In this document: positions 38,308 to 47,829 of the stretch, in pieces
Numbering within the stretch: position 1 is the first letter of the stretch
How the letters are laid out: the number at the start of each line of letters is the position of its first letter
NCBI GenBank assembly: GCA_963781615.1
Contig: CAWAGI010000007.1
Location: 318,748 to 382,747 of the forward strand
Length of the DNA stretch: 64,000 bases
Direction of reading: 5' to 3'
From: an uncultured Actinomycetes bacterium
GTDB lineage: Bacteria > Actinomycetota > Acidimicrobiia > IMCC26256 > JACDBD01
Position numbers and translations under genes: made by a program
The notes under the pieces: model-generated
Seen by the model: the letters and a program-made list of their open reading frames with translations, nothing else
What the model was told of the DNA's origin: nothing
Database searches by the model: none

Positions 38308-39028
38308 ATGGCCGACCGGATTGAGCTCTTCGAACGCCGGAACCGGCTGCGGCATCGTGGCTCGTGACCTTGCGACCTCAACTACATCGTCCCGTGTGAT
38401 GGCGCGCTCGGACGGCAGCGGGCTCGCGCTCGTGATCATGTTCCAGGGTGGGGAGGCCTCAGCGGCACCGACGCCCTGCCGTTCTTCGACACATCGCATC
38501 GCGGGATCGTCGACGGCGGTTCGGCGGTGATCGGCATCCTGTCGGGCTCTTCCGCATCCCGTTCCTGCGCCGGCACCGCGAACGGAGGTCAGCCGCATCC
38601 GCAGCTGGGATGTCGCCTTGTCGAGCTGGGCCGATCGCGCGCCGAGGAGCGGACCGCGGTCGAAGAACTCTCGACGGCGACAACCTCCTCAAAGCCGTGC
38701 TCGGATTCGTGCCCCGCCGGCTCGCCGAGTCGCTCCAGGTGTGGGCGTTGCGCGATCAGGGTGCCGAGCGAGACCGCGTCGCGGTGCAGTTCACGCGCAA
38801 CCCGGAGGCCTTGATCCGTGCTCTCGAGAAGCTCGACGCCGACGCGAGCACGATCCGGCACGTGAGCAGGGCCACAGGGCCGTTGTGGCTCGAGTTCCCC
38901 GCCCACGTGCTCGGATCATCTTCGTCCCGGGCGATGCAGACGACTCGCTCGGGAGCTCCTGCTCGACGAACGCATCGACATTCTGCGCGACGCTCGCCGG
39001 CGAGCCGTCACGCCCGGTGACGCAATGA
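38308..39028 (+). pseudogene. M48 (HtpX-like) metallopeptidase remnant, multiply frameshifted and lacking HExxH
   Basis: Recognisable C-terminal M48 pieces lie in different frames: ERDRVAVQFTRNPEALIRALEKLDADASTIRHVSRATGPLWLEFP (frame of ORF 38448) and LDERIDILRDA (another frame). Where HExxH is expected the sequence reads LLKAVLGFVPRRL. MADRIELFERRNRL at 38308 stops after 19 codons. Confidence 0.4.
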
Positions 39029-39161
39029 TGCTGACGCCACCCGGCCCGACCAACAGGCCCACGATGATCAGTACCGCGCCCGAGACGATCTCGCGCCGCA
39101 AGAGAGCGACGACTCCGGCCACGACCAGCACCACTGCGAGCAGCCACAGTAGGAATTCCAT
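38916..39161 (-). CDS. Small hydrophobic membrane protein (two TM, GPGG motif)
   Basis: MEFLLWLLAVVLVVAGVVALLRREIVSGAVLIIVGLLVGPGGVSII..., preceded by a near-perfect SD (GAAGGAGGTGAC-ATG). The basic tail beyond the second TM may not be real, and it overlaps the M48 remnant in antisense. Confidence 0.6.
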   Translation of the reverse strand: MEFLLWLLAVVLVVAGVVALLRREIVSGAVLIIVGLLVGPGGVSIIASPGVTARRRASRRMSMRSSSRSSRASRLHRPGRR

Positions 39162-39329
39162 GTCACCTCCTTCTCGTTTCCCGCTTAGTGTCGTGAGGGC
39201 CTTGCCCACGTCCGGGACCGCACAAACCGAAGCGAACAAAATGGGCCCAAACGCCTTCGGGTGCGTGCATCAGCTCGGCGGGCGGCGGGTATGCACTGGA
39301 CGTCTCTCGCTCGAGAGGAGCTGATCGCG

Positions 39330-39767
39330 GTGGCCATCGTGGATGTGGACACAGAGCAGGAGCACGGGCTCGCGGAGCTGGCGGGCAAGAAGCTCGCGGA
39401 GCAAGCGGGGAAGCGGTTGGCGGCTTCCGCGTACGAGGCCGTTGAAGAACGCCGGAAGCGCGTGCAGCGGAAGGCGAAGCGCAAGGGCCGCAAGCTCGAA
39501 CGCCGGCTCGAGAAGGTAGCGAAGAAGCTGCCGGTCGACACGCCCGTCGACAAGCGACGCCGCGGCCGGACGGCCGGCCGCGCCGCGTGGGTGGTGCGTC
39601 TCGTGCTCGCCGGCGCGGTCGTCGCCGCGATCTACGTCGCGTGGCGAGCGCGGAATCGGCGCGAGGGCACGGCCGAGGCCGGCCCCGCGCCGGACGCGTT
39701 CGGTGCCGCGGTCGAAGCGTCCGAGGACGGCGAACAGGCGTCGACCACGACGATCACCGAGGGCTGA
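39330..39767 (+). CDS. Hypothetical protein with K/R-rich helical segment and one C-terminal TM
   Basis: GTG 39330 lies 9 nt after GAGAGGAG. Contains EERRKRVQRKAKRKGRKLERRLEKVAKKL, then the TM AAWVVRLVLAGAVVAAIYVAW. The ORF track starts it at 39261. Confidence 0.5.
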   Translation: MAIVDVDTEQEHGLAELAGKKLAEQAGKRLAASAYEAVEERRKRVQRKAKRKGRKLERRLEKVAKKLPVDTPVDKRRRGRTAGRAAWVVRLVLAGAVVAAIYVAWRARNRREGTAEAGPAPDAFGAAVEASEDGEQASTTTITEG

Positions 39768-39817
39768 CCGCCGCGCGTATCCCCGGAAAACGCGCGTCCC
39801 AGGGTTACGATCGCCGC

Positions 39818-41372
39818 ATGCGCTGTCGGGTCTTCGCGGCGACAGCCGTTGTCTTCGTGTTCCTGCTCGGGAGCGCGCATGCCGCAGGCGCCCAGGACGG
39901 CGGAGCCGGGCCGGAGCAGGGGCGGCGCGTCAGCGTGACGGGCGGGCTCGCCGTGGCACGGGGCGAGACGGTCGACGGACCGGCGGTGTCGGCCAACGGC
40001 TCGGCGCTGGTCGACGGCCGCGTGAACGGTGCGGTCTACGTAGGCCGGGGCGACCTCGTGGTCGACGGCCGCGTGACCGGCGACGCGCTCGTGCTCGACG
40101 GCGACGCCTTCATCAGCGGGCGCGTCGGCGGCAGCGTGACCGTCCTCAACGGCAAGGCCACGGTGCGGCCCGGCGCGCGGGTCGGTGGCGACGTCGCCTC
40201 GCGTACGGCGCCGACGGCCACGCGGGGGACCGTCCAGGGCCACGTCGAGAAGCTCGACGTCGACAGCCTGTTCGCAGGGTTCGTCGTCGTGATCCTGGCG
40301 GTGCTGTGGGTGGCGGTGACCCTGTCGATTTTGATCCTCGGGGTGCTGTTCGTGTGGCTGTTCCCGCGTGCGGCCGACGCCGTCGTTATCGCCGGGCGCC
40401 GTTTCTGGGCGTCGTTCTTCCTCGGGCTGTTGCTCGGGGTCGTCCTTCCGGTCTTCGGCATCGTCGTCATGGCGAGCGTCGTGGGCATACCGCTCGGCGT
40501 CGCCGTGCTCGGGGCGCTCGCGGTGCTCGGACCGCTCGGATACGTCGCCAGCGCCCTGATCTTCGGGCGGCTCATGGTGCACCGCAGCGGGACGGGCGGA
40601 CGGCTCGGCGCCTTCTTCGCCGGATTCGGGATCCTTCGGTTCGCCGCCCTCGTGCCGGGCCTCGGCTTGGTGATCGGGTTCTTCGTGTCCACCTACGGCC
40701 TCGGCGCGGTGATCATCGCGGGGTGGCGTGGTGCGCGGCGCCCGCTCGGCGCGGAGGAGGAGTTGCCCGAGTACGCGGCGACCCCGGAGCTCTTGGTCGG
40801 CGAGCCGCTCTTGATCGACACCTTCGGCCGGCCGCCGGCTCGCACGGCGCGTGCACGGAAGACACCGTCTCGGAAGGCGCCGGCGAAGAAAAAGGCGACG
40901 GGCACCAAGAAATCTCGGGGCACGCGGTCGACGGGCACGAGATCGAGAGCTGCGGCGGCCAGGAAGTCCGGCCCCCGGAAGGCCACGGCGAAGAAGCGAT
41001 CCAACCGCACCGGGTCGCAACGGCGGAAGAACACGACCAAGAAGCGAGCGACGCGCGCGAAGGCTGCGCCCCGGAAGAGCTCGGCGAACTCGGCCAGGAA
41101 GAGGGCCAGCGGCACGAAGCGCACGACGAAGAAGAGGACGTCGACCCGCAAGCGCTCGACGGCGAACAAGCGCACGACCACGAACAAGCGCGGCCACGAG
41201 CAGACGCGCCACGACGAGCAAGCGCGCGACGACGAGCAAGCGCGCGACCACCAGCAAGCGCGCGACGCACGAACACGTCGCGTACGGCGAAGAAGCGAGG
41301 AGCGAGGAAGTCGTCGGCGCGAAAGGCGACGCCGAGAAGGTCTCGGGCACGAGCCCGCGCCTAATCCCGTAG
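39818..41372 (+). CDS. Signal peptide + bactofilin-like (polymer-forming, DUF583-type) repeat domain + about 6 TM + long K/R/T/S-rich tail (one apparent frameshift near 41195)
   Basis: MRCRVFAATAVVFVFLLGSAHAAGA. Beta-helix-type repeats GDLVVDGRVTGDALVLDGDAFISGRVGGSVTVLNGKATVRPGARVGGDV. A hydrophobic block spans 40260-40700. The tail KRTTKKRTSTRKRSTANKRTTTNKR continues as TSRRATTSKRATTSKRATTSKRAT...stop at 41372 in the +1 frame (ORF 40851..41372). The ORF-track frame instead runs on into the next gene. Confidence 0.65.
41193..41264 (+). repeat. Tandem 18-nt repeats (acgacgagcaagcgcgcg x2, accaccagcaagcgcgcg, plus a degenerate leading unit)
   Basis: Read directly. They encode the TSKRAT hexapeptide repeat of the tail in the frame ending at 41372. 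Confidence 0.8.
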
Positions 41373-41409
41373 AAGGCATCGCGCTCGCCCCCGGTACGCT
41401 CCAAGGGAC

Positions 41410-42088
41410 ATGCGCTTCGAGACGTTCGGGATCGTCGGCTACGGACACTTCGGGCAGTTCCTCGCGCCCTCGTTGGCCCAGCACGGCAAGGTTCTCGTCT
41501 ACGACGCCGACGAGACGAAGGTCGCCGACGCGCCCGATGGCGTACGACCGGCTTCCTTGGACGAGGTCGCGGCGGCGGACGCCGTCATTCTGGCGGTGCC
41601 GTTCTCGGCGCTCGCCGGCGTCCTGGGCGAGATCCGAGACGTGCTCGGTCGGGACACCGTCGTGATGGACGTGGTCTCGAGCAAGCAGCGCGCCACCGCG
41701 TTGCTCCAGGAGGTCCTCCCGCCCGACGCCAACCTGCTGGCGACGCATCCGCTGTTCGGGCCGCCGTCCATGGCGCGCATCGAGCCGGGCCTGCGGCTGG
41801 TCGTGACCGCCGAGCGAGGGCGCGGCCCCGTCGACGCGCTGGCCAGGGCGTTCCTGTTCGAATCGACTTGGTCTGTTGCGGACCCGATGGTGGTAGCGGC
41901 TGCGGCGGAGAGTACCGAGCGGCGATCGGCCACATGCAGTCACGCCCGACTTCGTGGAGGGTCAGTGTGAGATGGAGAGGTGGGAGGCTCCGCTGCTCCA
42001 CGCCTCCCCGAGCGGCCAGATCGTCAGGCGGGCCGAGGATCGCTTCGTCGAGCAGAAGGAAGGGGGGGGGGTCGACATCTGGGCGTAG
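41410..42088 (+). pseudogene. Prephenate/arogenate dehydrogenase (TyrA-like); N-terminal NAD domain intact, C-terminal domain scrambled across frames
   Basis: FGIVGYGHFGQFLA (Rossmann), VILAVPFSAL, MDVVSSKQ, LLATHPLFGP up to about 41860. After that, only fragments in alternating frames resemble the expected C-domain (LGL..., EYRAAIGHMQS, DFVEGQ...). Stops occur in every frame. Confidence 0.6.
42062..42071. repeat. G10 homopolymer tract
   Basis: Read directly (a-gggggggggg-tcgac). The longest homopolymer I saw in the window. It lies inside the degraded tyrA 3' region. Confidence 0.9.
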
Positions 42089-42234
42089 TCGCGTACGAAG
42101 CGTCATCAGGCAATCGCTCAAGAGGAACGAGGGCAGCCGCCGGGGGTTCAGCATGAGCTTCCGGGGTTCTGCTGTTGCGGATGAGATCGAGCAGCCCGAC
42201 GACGTTCACCGAGCGGACCCACCCCCGCCGGCGA

Positions 42235-43053
42235 CTAGCGCAACGCGGTCAGGCCGCCGTCGACCGCGAGGGTCTGGCCGGTGATGTAGCTCGCCTCGTG
42301 GGAGAGGAGGAAGACGGTCGCGTAGGCGATCTCCCATGCGGTGCCCTGGCGTTGGAGCGGGACGGGCGTTCGGTCGCGGGACGGCCGGCCCGCCGATGCC
42401 GCCCGGCCGATCGGCGTGTCGATGAGGCCGGGCGCGACGACGTTCGCCCGGACGCCGCGGCGGGCGCCTTCGTGCGCGACGTGCCGGCACAACCCGCCGA
42501 TGGCGGCCTTCGAGGTGTCGTACGCCGGCAGCCCGCTGCCGGGCGTGATGCCGGCGATCGAGCTGATGAACACGACGGCACCGTCGTCGGCCAGCGTGGG
42601 CACGGCCGCCTGGCAGACGAGGAAGTGCGCCCGCACGTTCACGGCGAACGTCGTGTCCCAGTCCTCCACGCTCGTGCCCTCGAGCCGGCGGCCCTGGCCG
42701 ATGCCGACGTTCAGCACCAGGCCGTCGAGCGCGCCGAGGCGAGCCTCGGCGCCGGCGACCACCGCCGCGCAGTCCTCGGGCCGTGTGACGTCGGCGACGA
42801 GCACGTCGGCGCTGCCACCGTCGGCGCCGATGAGCTCGGCCGTCGCCAGCGCGGCGGCCTCGTCGCGGTCGGCGCACGCGACCACGGCGCCCTCCCGGGC
42901 GGCCAGCGCGGCGATCGCCCGCCCGTTGCCGATCGGCGCGTCGGGCTCGTCGCTGTGGCACGTGCCCGCGCCGACGACGAGCACCCGCCGCCCGTCGAGC
43001 CGGCCCCGGCCCGGCGCGCGTCCCGTCGCCTCTTCGGGCAGCTCCGCGCCCAT
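42235..43053 (-). CDS. SDR family oxidoreductase
   Basis: VLVVGAGTC...GNGRA cofactor loop, NVGIG, and the catalytic YDTSKAAIGGL (YxxxK). Intact 272 aa. Confidence 0.9.
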   Translation of the reverse strand: MGAELPEEATGRAPGRGRLDGRRVLVVGAGTCHSDEPDAPIGNGRAIAALAAREGAVVACADRDEAAALATAELIGADGGSADVLVADVTRPEDCAAVVAGAEARLGALDGLVLNVGIGQGRRLEGTSVEDWDTTFAVNVRAHFLVCQAAVPTLADDGAVVFISSIAGITPGSGLPAYDTSKAAIGGLCRHVAHEGARRGVRANVVAPGLIDTPIGRAASAGRPSRDRTPVPLQRQGTAWEIAYATVFLLSHEASYITGQTLAVDGGLTALR

Positions 43054-43056
43054 GCG

Positions 43057-43647
43057 CTACGCGCGCCCGTCGGGCAGGTCGGGGACGCCCGGCTCCCGCT
43101 GCACGCCGATCGAGTTCAACGCGAACGCCAGCATGTGGTACTGCCCGACGAGCATCGGTAGCTCGATCATCTGCCGCTCGTCGTAGCGCGCCGCGAGCGT
43201 CGCCCACGTGGCGTCGGTGATGCATGCGCCGTCGTGGAGCTCGTCGGTGGCGGTGAGGAGCGCCCGGTCGAAGGGCTCCCATCCCGGCGCGTCGGGGCCG
43301 GCGGCGACCCGGTCGATCTCGTCCTCGGAGATCCCCGCCGCCTTCGCCAGCCGCACGTGCTGGCCCCACTCGTAGGACGACGCGCAGCGCCACGCCGAGC
43401 GGAGGATCAGGAGCTCGCGGTCGCGGTCCGGGAGCTTGCCGGCGAGCAGCTTGCCGGCGAACGGCATCCACCGCCGGTACAGGCCGGGGTGCCGGACGAG
43501 CGTGGCGAAGATGTTGACGGCCTCGGCGTTCGGCAGCCGGACCTCTTCGAGGAGCGCCCGCTTCTCCTCGTCGGCGTCCTGGTCGCGGAGCGGCGGGATG
43601 CGCGGGGCCTGCGGTCGTGCCGGTTCAGGTGCGGTCATCGTCGACAC
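43057..43647 (-). CDS. Carboxymuconolactone decarboxylase (AhpD-like) family protein
   Basis: RELLILRSAWRCASSYEWGQHVRLAKAAGISEDEI is a typical CMD-domain core. Only 3 nt separate it from the SDR gene. Confidence 0.8.
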   Translation of the reverse strand: MSTMTAPEPARPQAPRIPPLRDQDADEEKRALLEEVRLPNAEAVNIFATLVRHPGLYRRWMPFAGKLLAGKLPDRDRELLILRSAWRCASSYEWGQHVRLAKAAGISEDEIDRVAAGPDAPGWEPFDRALLTATDELHDGACITDATWATLAARYDERQMIELPMLVGQYHMLAFALNSIGVQREPGVPDLPDGRA

Positions 43648-43733
43648 GGTAGATGACTCTCAGGGGCTCGGGTTCGCCGCGCCGTCCGTGTACGGCCGCG
43701 CCCCGCGTCTCCGGCTCGCCGCGGTCGGCGCGA

Positions 43734-44510
43734 TCAGGGCTGTGATCGAACGCCGGTGTTACGCGTGCGACCGGTGCGAGGCGCGCCGCGCCCGGATCGC
43801 CGGGTCGGCCGCAGGGCACGCGACGACCTGACGTTCCCCGGCGGACGCGATGCTCCTGCGCGCGGCCGGTCGGCGAGCTCCGACGCGGTGAGCGCCCGGC
43901 GCTTCCGTAGGGGCGGGGAGTCGGTGGGCACCTCTTGCGATTCGGGTGGGGCCGACCCGTGCTCGGGCTCCGGCGCCGGAGGGGTGGCGATGGGGCGGGC
44001 CAGTCGCCCGGCGCCCCGCGGTGGTCCGACGTCGGCGGGCGGGATGCCGCCCAGGGCATGCGCCGACGCGGTCGCGAGCCGGGAGAACGACTCTCGAGTC
44101 AGGTCGTGGCGCAGGTCGGCGAGTTTGCCAGGGAGTGAGGCGACCTTGTGGGGGAGTGACACGATCCACTCGCGGGTCCCGCGCCGGGCGTCCCGGAGGG
44201 ATTGCTTGATGCGCGGCCCGTAGGCACCGCCGTGGCGCGCTCGCATCGGGTCGGTCGCGTCCATCTCGTCGACGACGTCTTCGCCCATCACGATGGCGAC
44301 GCCCAGCAGCGCGATGGCGGCGAGTCCGAACATCGTGATCGCGAGCGCCCTGACCACGCCCGCGACCGGTGTGTCCTGCACGAGCTTGGCGAGCACGACC
44401 GACAGGCCCACGACGCCGAAGGAGATGATGCCGATGCGGCGGAACGCGCGCCTCTCGGGATCGGCGTGATTCCGTCGCCACCAAGCGACGGCTCGAGCGC
44501 GGGCCGTCAT
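43734..44510 (-). CDS. Hypothetical membrane protein
   Basis: MTARARAVAWWRRNHADPERRAFRRIGIISFGVVGLSVVLAKL...ALAITMFGLAAIALLGVAIVMG (two TM), then a Pro/Arg-rich tail. C-terminal boundary uncertain. Confidence 0.45.
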   Translation of the reverse strand: MTARARAVAWWRRNHADPERRAFRRIGIISFGVVGLSVVLAKLVQDTPVAGVVRALAITMFGLAAIALLGVAIVMGEDVVDEMDATDPMRARHGGAYGPRIKQSLRDARRGTREWIVSLPHKVASLPGKLADLRHDLTRESFSRLATASAHALGGIPPADVGPPRGAGRLARPIATPPAPEPEHGSAPPESQEVPTDSPPLRKRRALTASELADRPRAGASRPPGNVRSSRALRPTRRSGRGAPRTGRTRNTGVRSQP

Positions 44511-44593
44511 TCTTCTCCGGGGCATTATTGCAAGGTAACGACCGCGGCGACGCGATTGGTGGATGGTCGCCGGTGCACCGCAACCGCGCCGAG

Positions 44594-45940
44594 TCAGTCG
44601 GCTGCGAGTACCTCGTTGGCGGCGCGCTCGCCCGAGCGGATCGCGCCGTCGATGCTGCCGTGCGACACGGTGGCGGTCTCGGTGCCCGCCCAATGGATGC
44701 GTCCGACGGGTGCGCGCAACGCGCGTCCGAACTGTGTGAGGACGCCCGGTGCCATGTGCGCCATGAAGCAGCCGCGCGTCCAGCGCTCCTCCGCCCAGTC
44801 GATCTCCTCGTAGAAGACGGGCGCGCCGGCGCGCGGCCCGAAGCGTGTCACGAGCGTGTCGAGCACGAGACGACGGCGCTCGTCCTTCTCCAAGGCACCC
44901 AGCGTGCGGGCGTGCGGGCCGAAGCCGAACGCGGCGAGCACGCCGGGAACGCCCGAGCGCGGCGACGCGTCCAGGGTCATCTCGATCGGCGAGTTGGTCG
45001 CGACCGACTGGCCGTTGAGCCCGTCCGCCCGCCAGAACGGCTCCTCGTAGATCACCGACGCCTTGAGGATCGAGCCCGCCGGCATGCTCTGCACGAGCAG
45101 CGCCCGGTCGACCGGGAGCTGCGGCTCGTAGGTCAGGTGCGCGGACAGCCCCGGCGGGATCGTGACGATCAGTCGCCGGGCGCGCACTTCGGTCCCGTCG
45201 CCGCGCACCACGACGCCGTCGGCGTCCTGGGTGATCTCGCGCACGGGGCGCCCGAGGTGCACCGCGTCGCCGAGCTCGGCGGCGACGTGGTCGGCCATCG
45301 TCTGCGCGCCACCCGTGACGCGGTCCTGCTGGTAGCCACCCTCGACCGACAGCAGCACGTTGAGCCCGTTCGCCGACCGGATGAGGTAGAGGACGTGCAG
45401 CAGCGACACCTCGGCCGGGTCGCAGTTGAACAGGCCCCGGACGGCCGCCGCGAGCAGGCCCTGCCCGTCGCGCGCCGGCACCGTGGCCGTGTCGATCCAT
45501 TGCGCGGCGCTGCGCGCGTCCCACGCCTTGGCCCGGCGGGCCGTCCACGGCTCGTCGAGCGGGACGCGCTTGGCCATGCCGTCGAGGCGCGCCATCCCGA
45601 GCGACAGGCTGGCGAGCGCGATCGGGTTGATCGGCGGGACGAGGCCGCCGAAGCGCTTGATCGCGTCGCGTCCGGCGAAGACGGTCTCACCCTCGTTCCA
45701 CGTCGGATACGTGCTCCCGCCCGTCTCGGCGACCAGCGCGTAGGCGGCGTCCTGCCCGGGTCCGAGCCACGTGCCGCCCATGTCGACGGGCGTGCCGTCG
45801 GGCGCGGGTTGGGTCCACACGCGACCGCCGACGCGATCGCGCGCCTCGAGCACGATCGCGCTCGCGCCCGCGCGCGTGACCTGGCGCGCAGCACTCAGCC
45901 CCGCGTACCCGGCTCCGATGACGCAGATGTCGGCGTCCAC
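44594..45940 (-). CDS. Flavin-containing amine oxidase (FAD-dependent oxidoreductase)
   Basis: DICVIGAGYAGLSAARQVTRAGASAIVLEARDRVGGRV dinucleotide-binding motif. C-terminal HWAGTETAT...GSIDGAIRSG. Intact 448 aa. Confidence 0.9.
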   Translation of the reverse strand: MDADICVIGAGYAGLSAARQVTRAGASAIVLEARDRVGGRVWTQPAPDGTPVDMGGTWLGPGQDAAYALVAETGGSTYPTWNEGETVFAGRDAIKRFGGLVPPINPIALASLSLGMARLDGMAKRVPLDEPWTARRAKAWDARSAAQWIDTATVPARDGQGLLAAAVRGLFNCDPAEVSLLHVLYLIRSANGLNVLLSVEGGYQQDRVTGGAQTMADHVAAELGDAVHLGRPVREITQDADGVVVRGDGTEVRARRLIVTIPPGLSAHLTYEPQLPVDRALLVQSMPAGSILKASVIYEEPFWRADGLNGQSVATNSPIEMTLDASPRSGVPGVLAAFGFGPHARTLGALEKDERRRLVLDTLVTRFGPRAGAPVFYEEIDWAEERWTRGCFMAHMAPGVLTQFGRALRAPVGRIHWAGTETATVSHGSIDGAIRSGERAANEVLAAD

Positions 45941-45961
45941 GGCGTGGACGCTAGCGGCGCG

Positions 45962-46558
45962 TCAGTAGCCGGAGCTGCTGCTCGTCGCGGGCGAGGAGGG
46001 AGTCGTCGTGGCGGTCCCGCCGCCACCGGCGCCACCGGCGCTGCCGCCGCCGGCCTTCACGACGTTCCACGTGCCGCCGAAGCTGTTGATGCCCTCACCG
46101 TTCGTGTTGCCCGCTTGGGCATCACCGGCGAAGGTGTACACAGGCGCGCCGTTGATCGTGACTTGCGTGCCCTTCACGGCGACGTTCTTCACGCCGGTGC
46201 CCGTGGCTTTGGTCGTCCCGGCGGGCACCGACACGGCCGGCCACACCTGCAGGCACGGTCCCGAGCACGGCACCTGCTGGCCACCGCTCGTCAGCGTGTA
46301 GACGGTCTTGCCGTCCTTCGTGACCACGATCGAGCCGAGCGAGCTGTTTGCGGTCTTCACGACCGCGGTCGTCGCCGTCCCCTTCTTGGCCGTGGTCGTC
46401 GTCGTCTTCTTCGACGAGCTCGAGTCGCTCGACCCGCCGCAGGCCGCCAGCGCGATCGCGCCGGCGGCGCCCAGAGCGACGAGTGCTGCGACACGCCGCC
46501 TCCGGGTACGGGAACCGCGCGCCACCCCCGAACCGGCGCTTGCTGTTCCGTGGATCAT
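45962..46558 (-). CDS. Secreted lipoprotein with Y-x-F-x-x-D type repeat (COG4315 / Lipoprotein_15-like)
   Basis: Lipobox IALAACGG, Ser/Thr linker, GKTVYTLTSGG...CSGPCLQVWPA and GAPVYTFAGDAQAGNTNGEGI...WNVV repeats. Confidence 0.75.
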   Translation of the reverse strand: MIHGTASAGSGVARGSRTRRRRVAALVALGAAGAIALAACGGSSDSSSSKKTTTTTAKKGTATTAVVKTANSSLGSIVVTKDGKTVYTLTSGGQQVPCSGPCLQVWPAVSVPAGTTKATGTGVKNVAVKGTQVTINGAPVYTFAGDAQAGNTNGEGINSFGGTWNVVKAGGGSAGGAGGGGTATTTPSSPATSSSSGY

Positions 46559-46643
46559 CCCTGTCCTTTCGCAGTACGTACACGTTAGAGACTACGGCCC
46601 GGATCGGCTGAGAGATTGTCTCCGCAGGCATACGATCCGGCCC

Positions 46644-47816
46644 ATGGCGCAGGGGCTCGCCGCCGACCGGCTCGTCGACACGGCGTGTGAGCAGACAGGC
46701 CTCGATGATTTCGGCGCCGACTCGTTCCGCGTCGGGCTCGATCGCCTCGTCGACGGCCTCGACGGCGAGGCCCAGCTCAACGAGGTCGGCGAGGCGATGG
46801 CGCCGATGGGGGTGCTCGGTCACCTGACCAACCGGCTCCAGGTGACCGACTGGCACCGGCGACATCCCGAGATCGGCGCAGCCGACGTCACGCCGCCGAT
46901 CGTCATGATCGGCATGGGCCGTACCGGCTCGACGATCCTGCACGACCTCTTCGGTCAGGACCCCGCCAACCGTGTCCCGCGCACGTGGGAGGTGGACCGC
47001 CCGGTCCCGCCGCCGGAGGCGGCCACGTACGAGACGGACCCGCGCATCGACGAGTCGCAGGCGGGGATCGACCTCGCGTACGAGATGCGCCCCGAGTTGC
47101 GGTGGATGCACCCCATGGGCGCCCGCCTCGGCCAGGAGTGCATCGTGATCACCGGCGACGAGTTCGCCAGCGCGATCTTCAACAGCCAGTTCCGTCTCCC
47201 GTCGTATCTCCGGTGGGTGACGAGCCAGGCGGACATGGCGCCGGCGTACCGGTGGCACCGCCGGTTCCTGCAGCTGCTCCAGTGGCGCAATCCCGGCGGG
47301 CGTTGGGTGCTCAAGACGGGCGCCCACCTGTGGGCGCTGCCCGCGCTCATGGGCGAGTACCCGAACGCGTTCATCGTCCAGACGCATCGCGATCCGTTGC
47401 GGATCGTCGCATCGCTGTCGTCGCTGTTCGCCGTCGTGCAGGCGACCGCGAGCGACGGTGTGACGATGGCGGACGTCGCCGCCCAGTGGTCGGGCCCGGT
47501 GCTCGACGCCCTCGACCGCTCGGTGACCGCGCGCGAGAACGGCACGGTTCCCGCCGACCGCGTCATCGACGTGCACTACCGCGAGTTCATGGCCGATCCC
47601 TTCCGCACGATTCGCGCCATCTACGACCGGATGGGCGCCGAGCTCACGCCCGAGGCCGAATCGCGCATGCGTCGCTTCCTCGACGAGAACCGGGCCGACA
47701 AACACGGGGCACACGAATATGCGTGGGCCGACACCGGGCTCGACGCCGGCGTCGTGCGCGATCGGGCCCACCGCTACCAGGAGTACTTCGACGTGGACTC
47801 CGAACCGGTCCCCTGA
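46644..47816 (+). CDS. Sulfotransferase family protein
   Basis: PAPS-binding 5'-PSB-like IVMIGMGRTGSTILHDLF and 3'-PB-like region IVQTHRDPLRIVASL. Start MAQGLAADRL at 46644. Confidence 0.8.
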   Translation: MAQGLAADRLVDTACEQTGLDDFGADSFRVGLDRLVDGLDGEAQLNEVGEAMAPMGVLGHLTNRLQVTDWHRRHPEIGAADVTPPIVMIGMGRTGSTILHDLFGQDPANRVPRTWEVDRPVPPPEAATYETDPRIDESQAGIDLAYEMRPELRWMHPMGARLGQECIVITGDEFASAIFNSQFRLPSYLRWVTSQADMAPAYRWHRRFLQLLQWRNPGGRWVLKTGAHLWALPALMGEYPNAFIVQTHRDPLRIVASLSSLFAVVQATASDGVTMADVAAQWSGPVLDALDRSVTARENGTVPADRVIDVHYREFMADPFRTIRAIYDRMGAELTPEAESRMRRFLDENRADKHGAHEYAWADTGLDAGVVRDRAHRYQEYFDVDSEPVP

Positions 47817-47829
47817 CGGAAGGAGCACC

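Noticed and set aside
39587-41665. ORF-track version of the bactofilin-like gene (start 39587, end 41665).
   Set aside because: The 5' extension overlaps the preceding gene's C-terminus and lacks a signal peptide. The 3' extension (HEQTRHDEQARDDEQ...) breaks the K/R/T/S repeat pattern and runs 250 nt into the tyrA-like gene. The +1 frame ends cleanly at 41372.
41585-42154. 189-aa minus-strand ORF (MLNPRRLPSFLL...FLLLDEAILGPPDDL...), considered as a possible real gene (for example a toxin/PIN-like) in the odd region downstream of the SDR gene.
   Set aside because: Most of it is antisense to the well-supported tyrA NAD domain. It has no recognisable motif, and its PPP run is just the C10 complement of the G10 tract.
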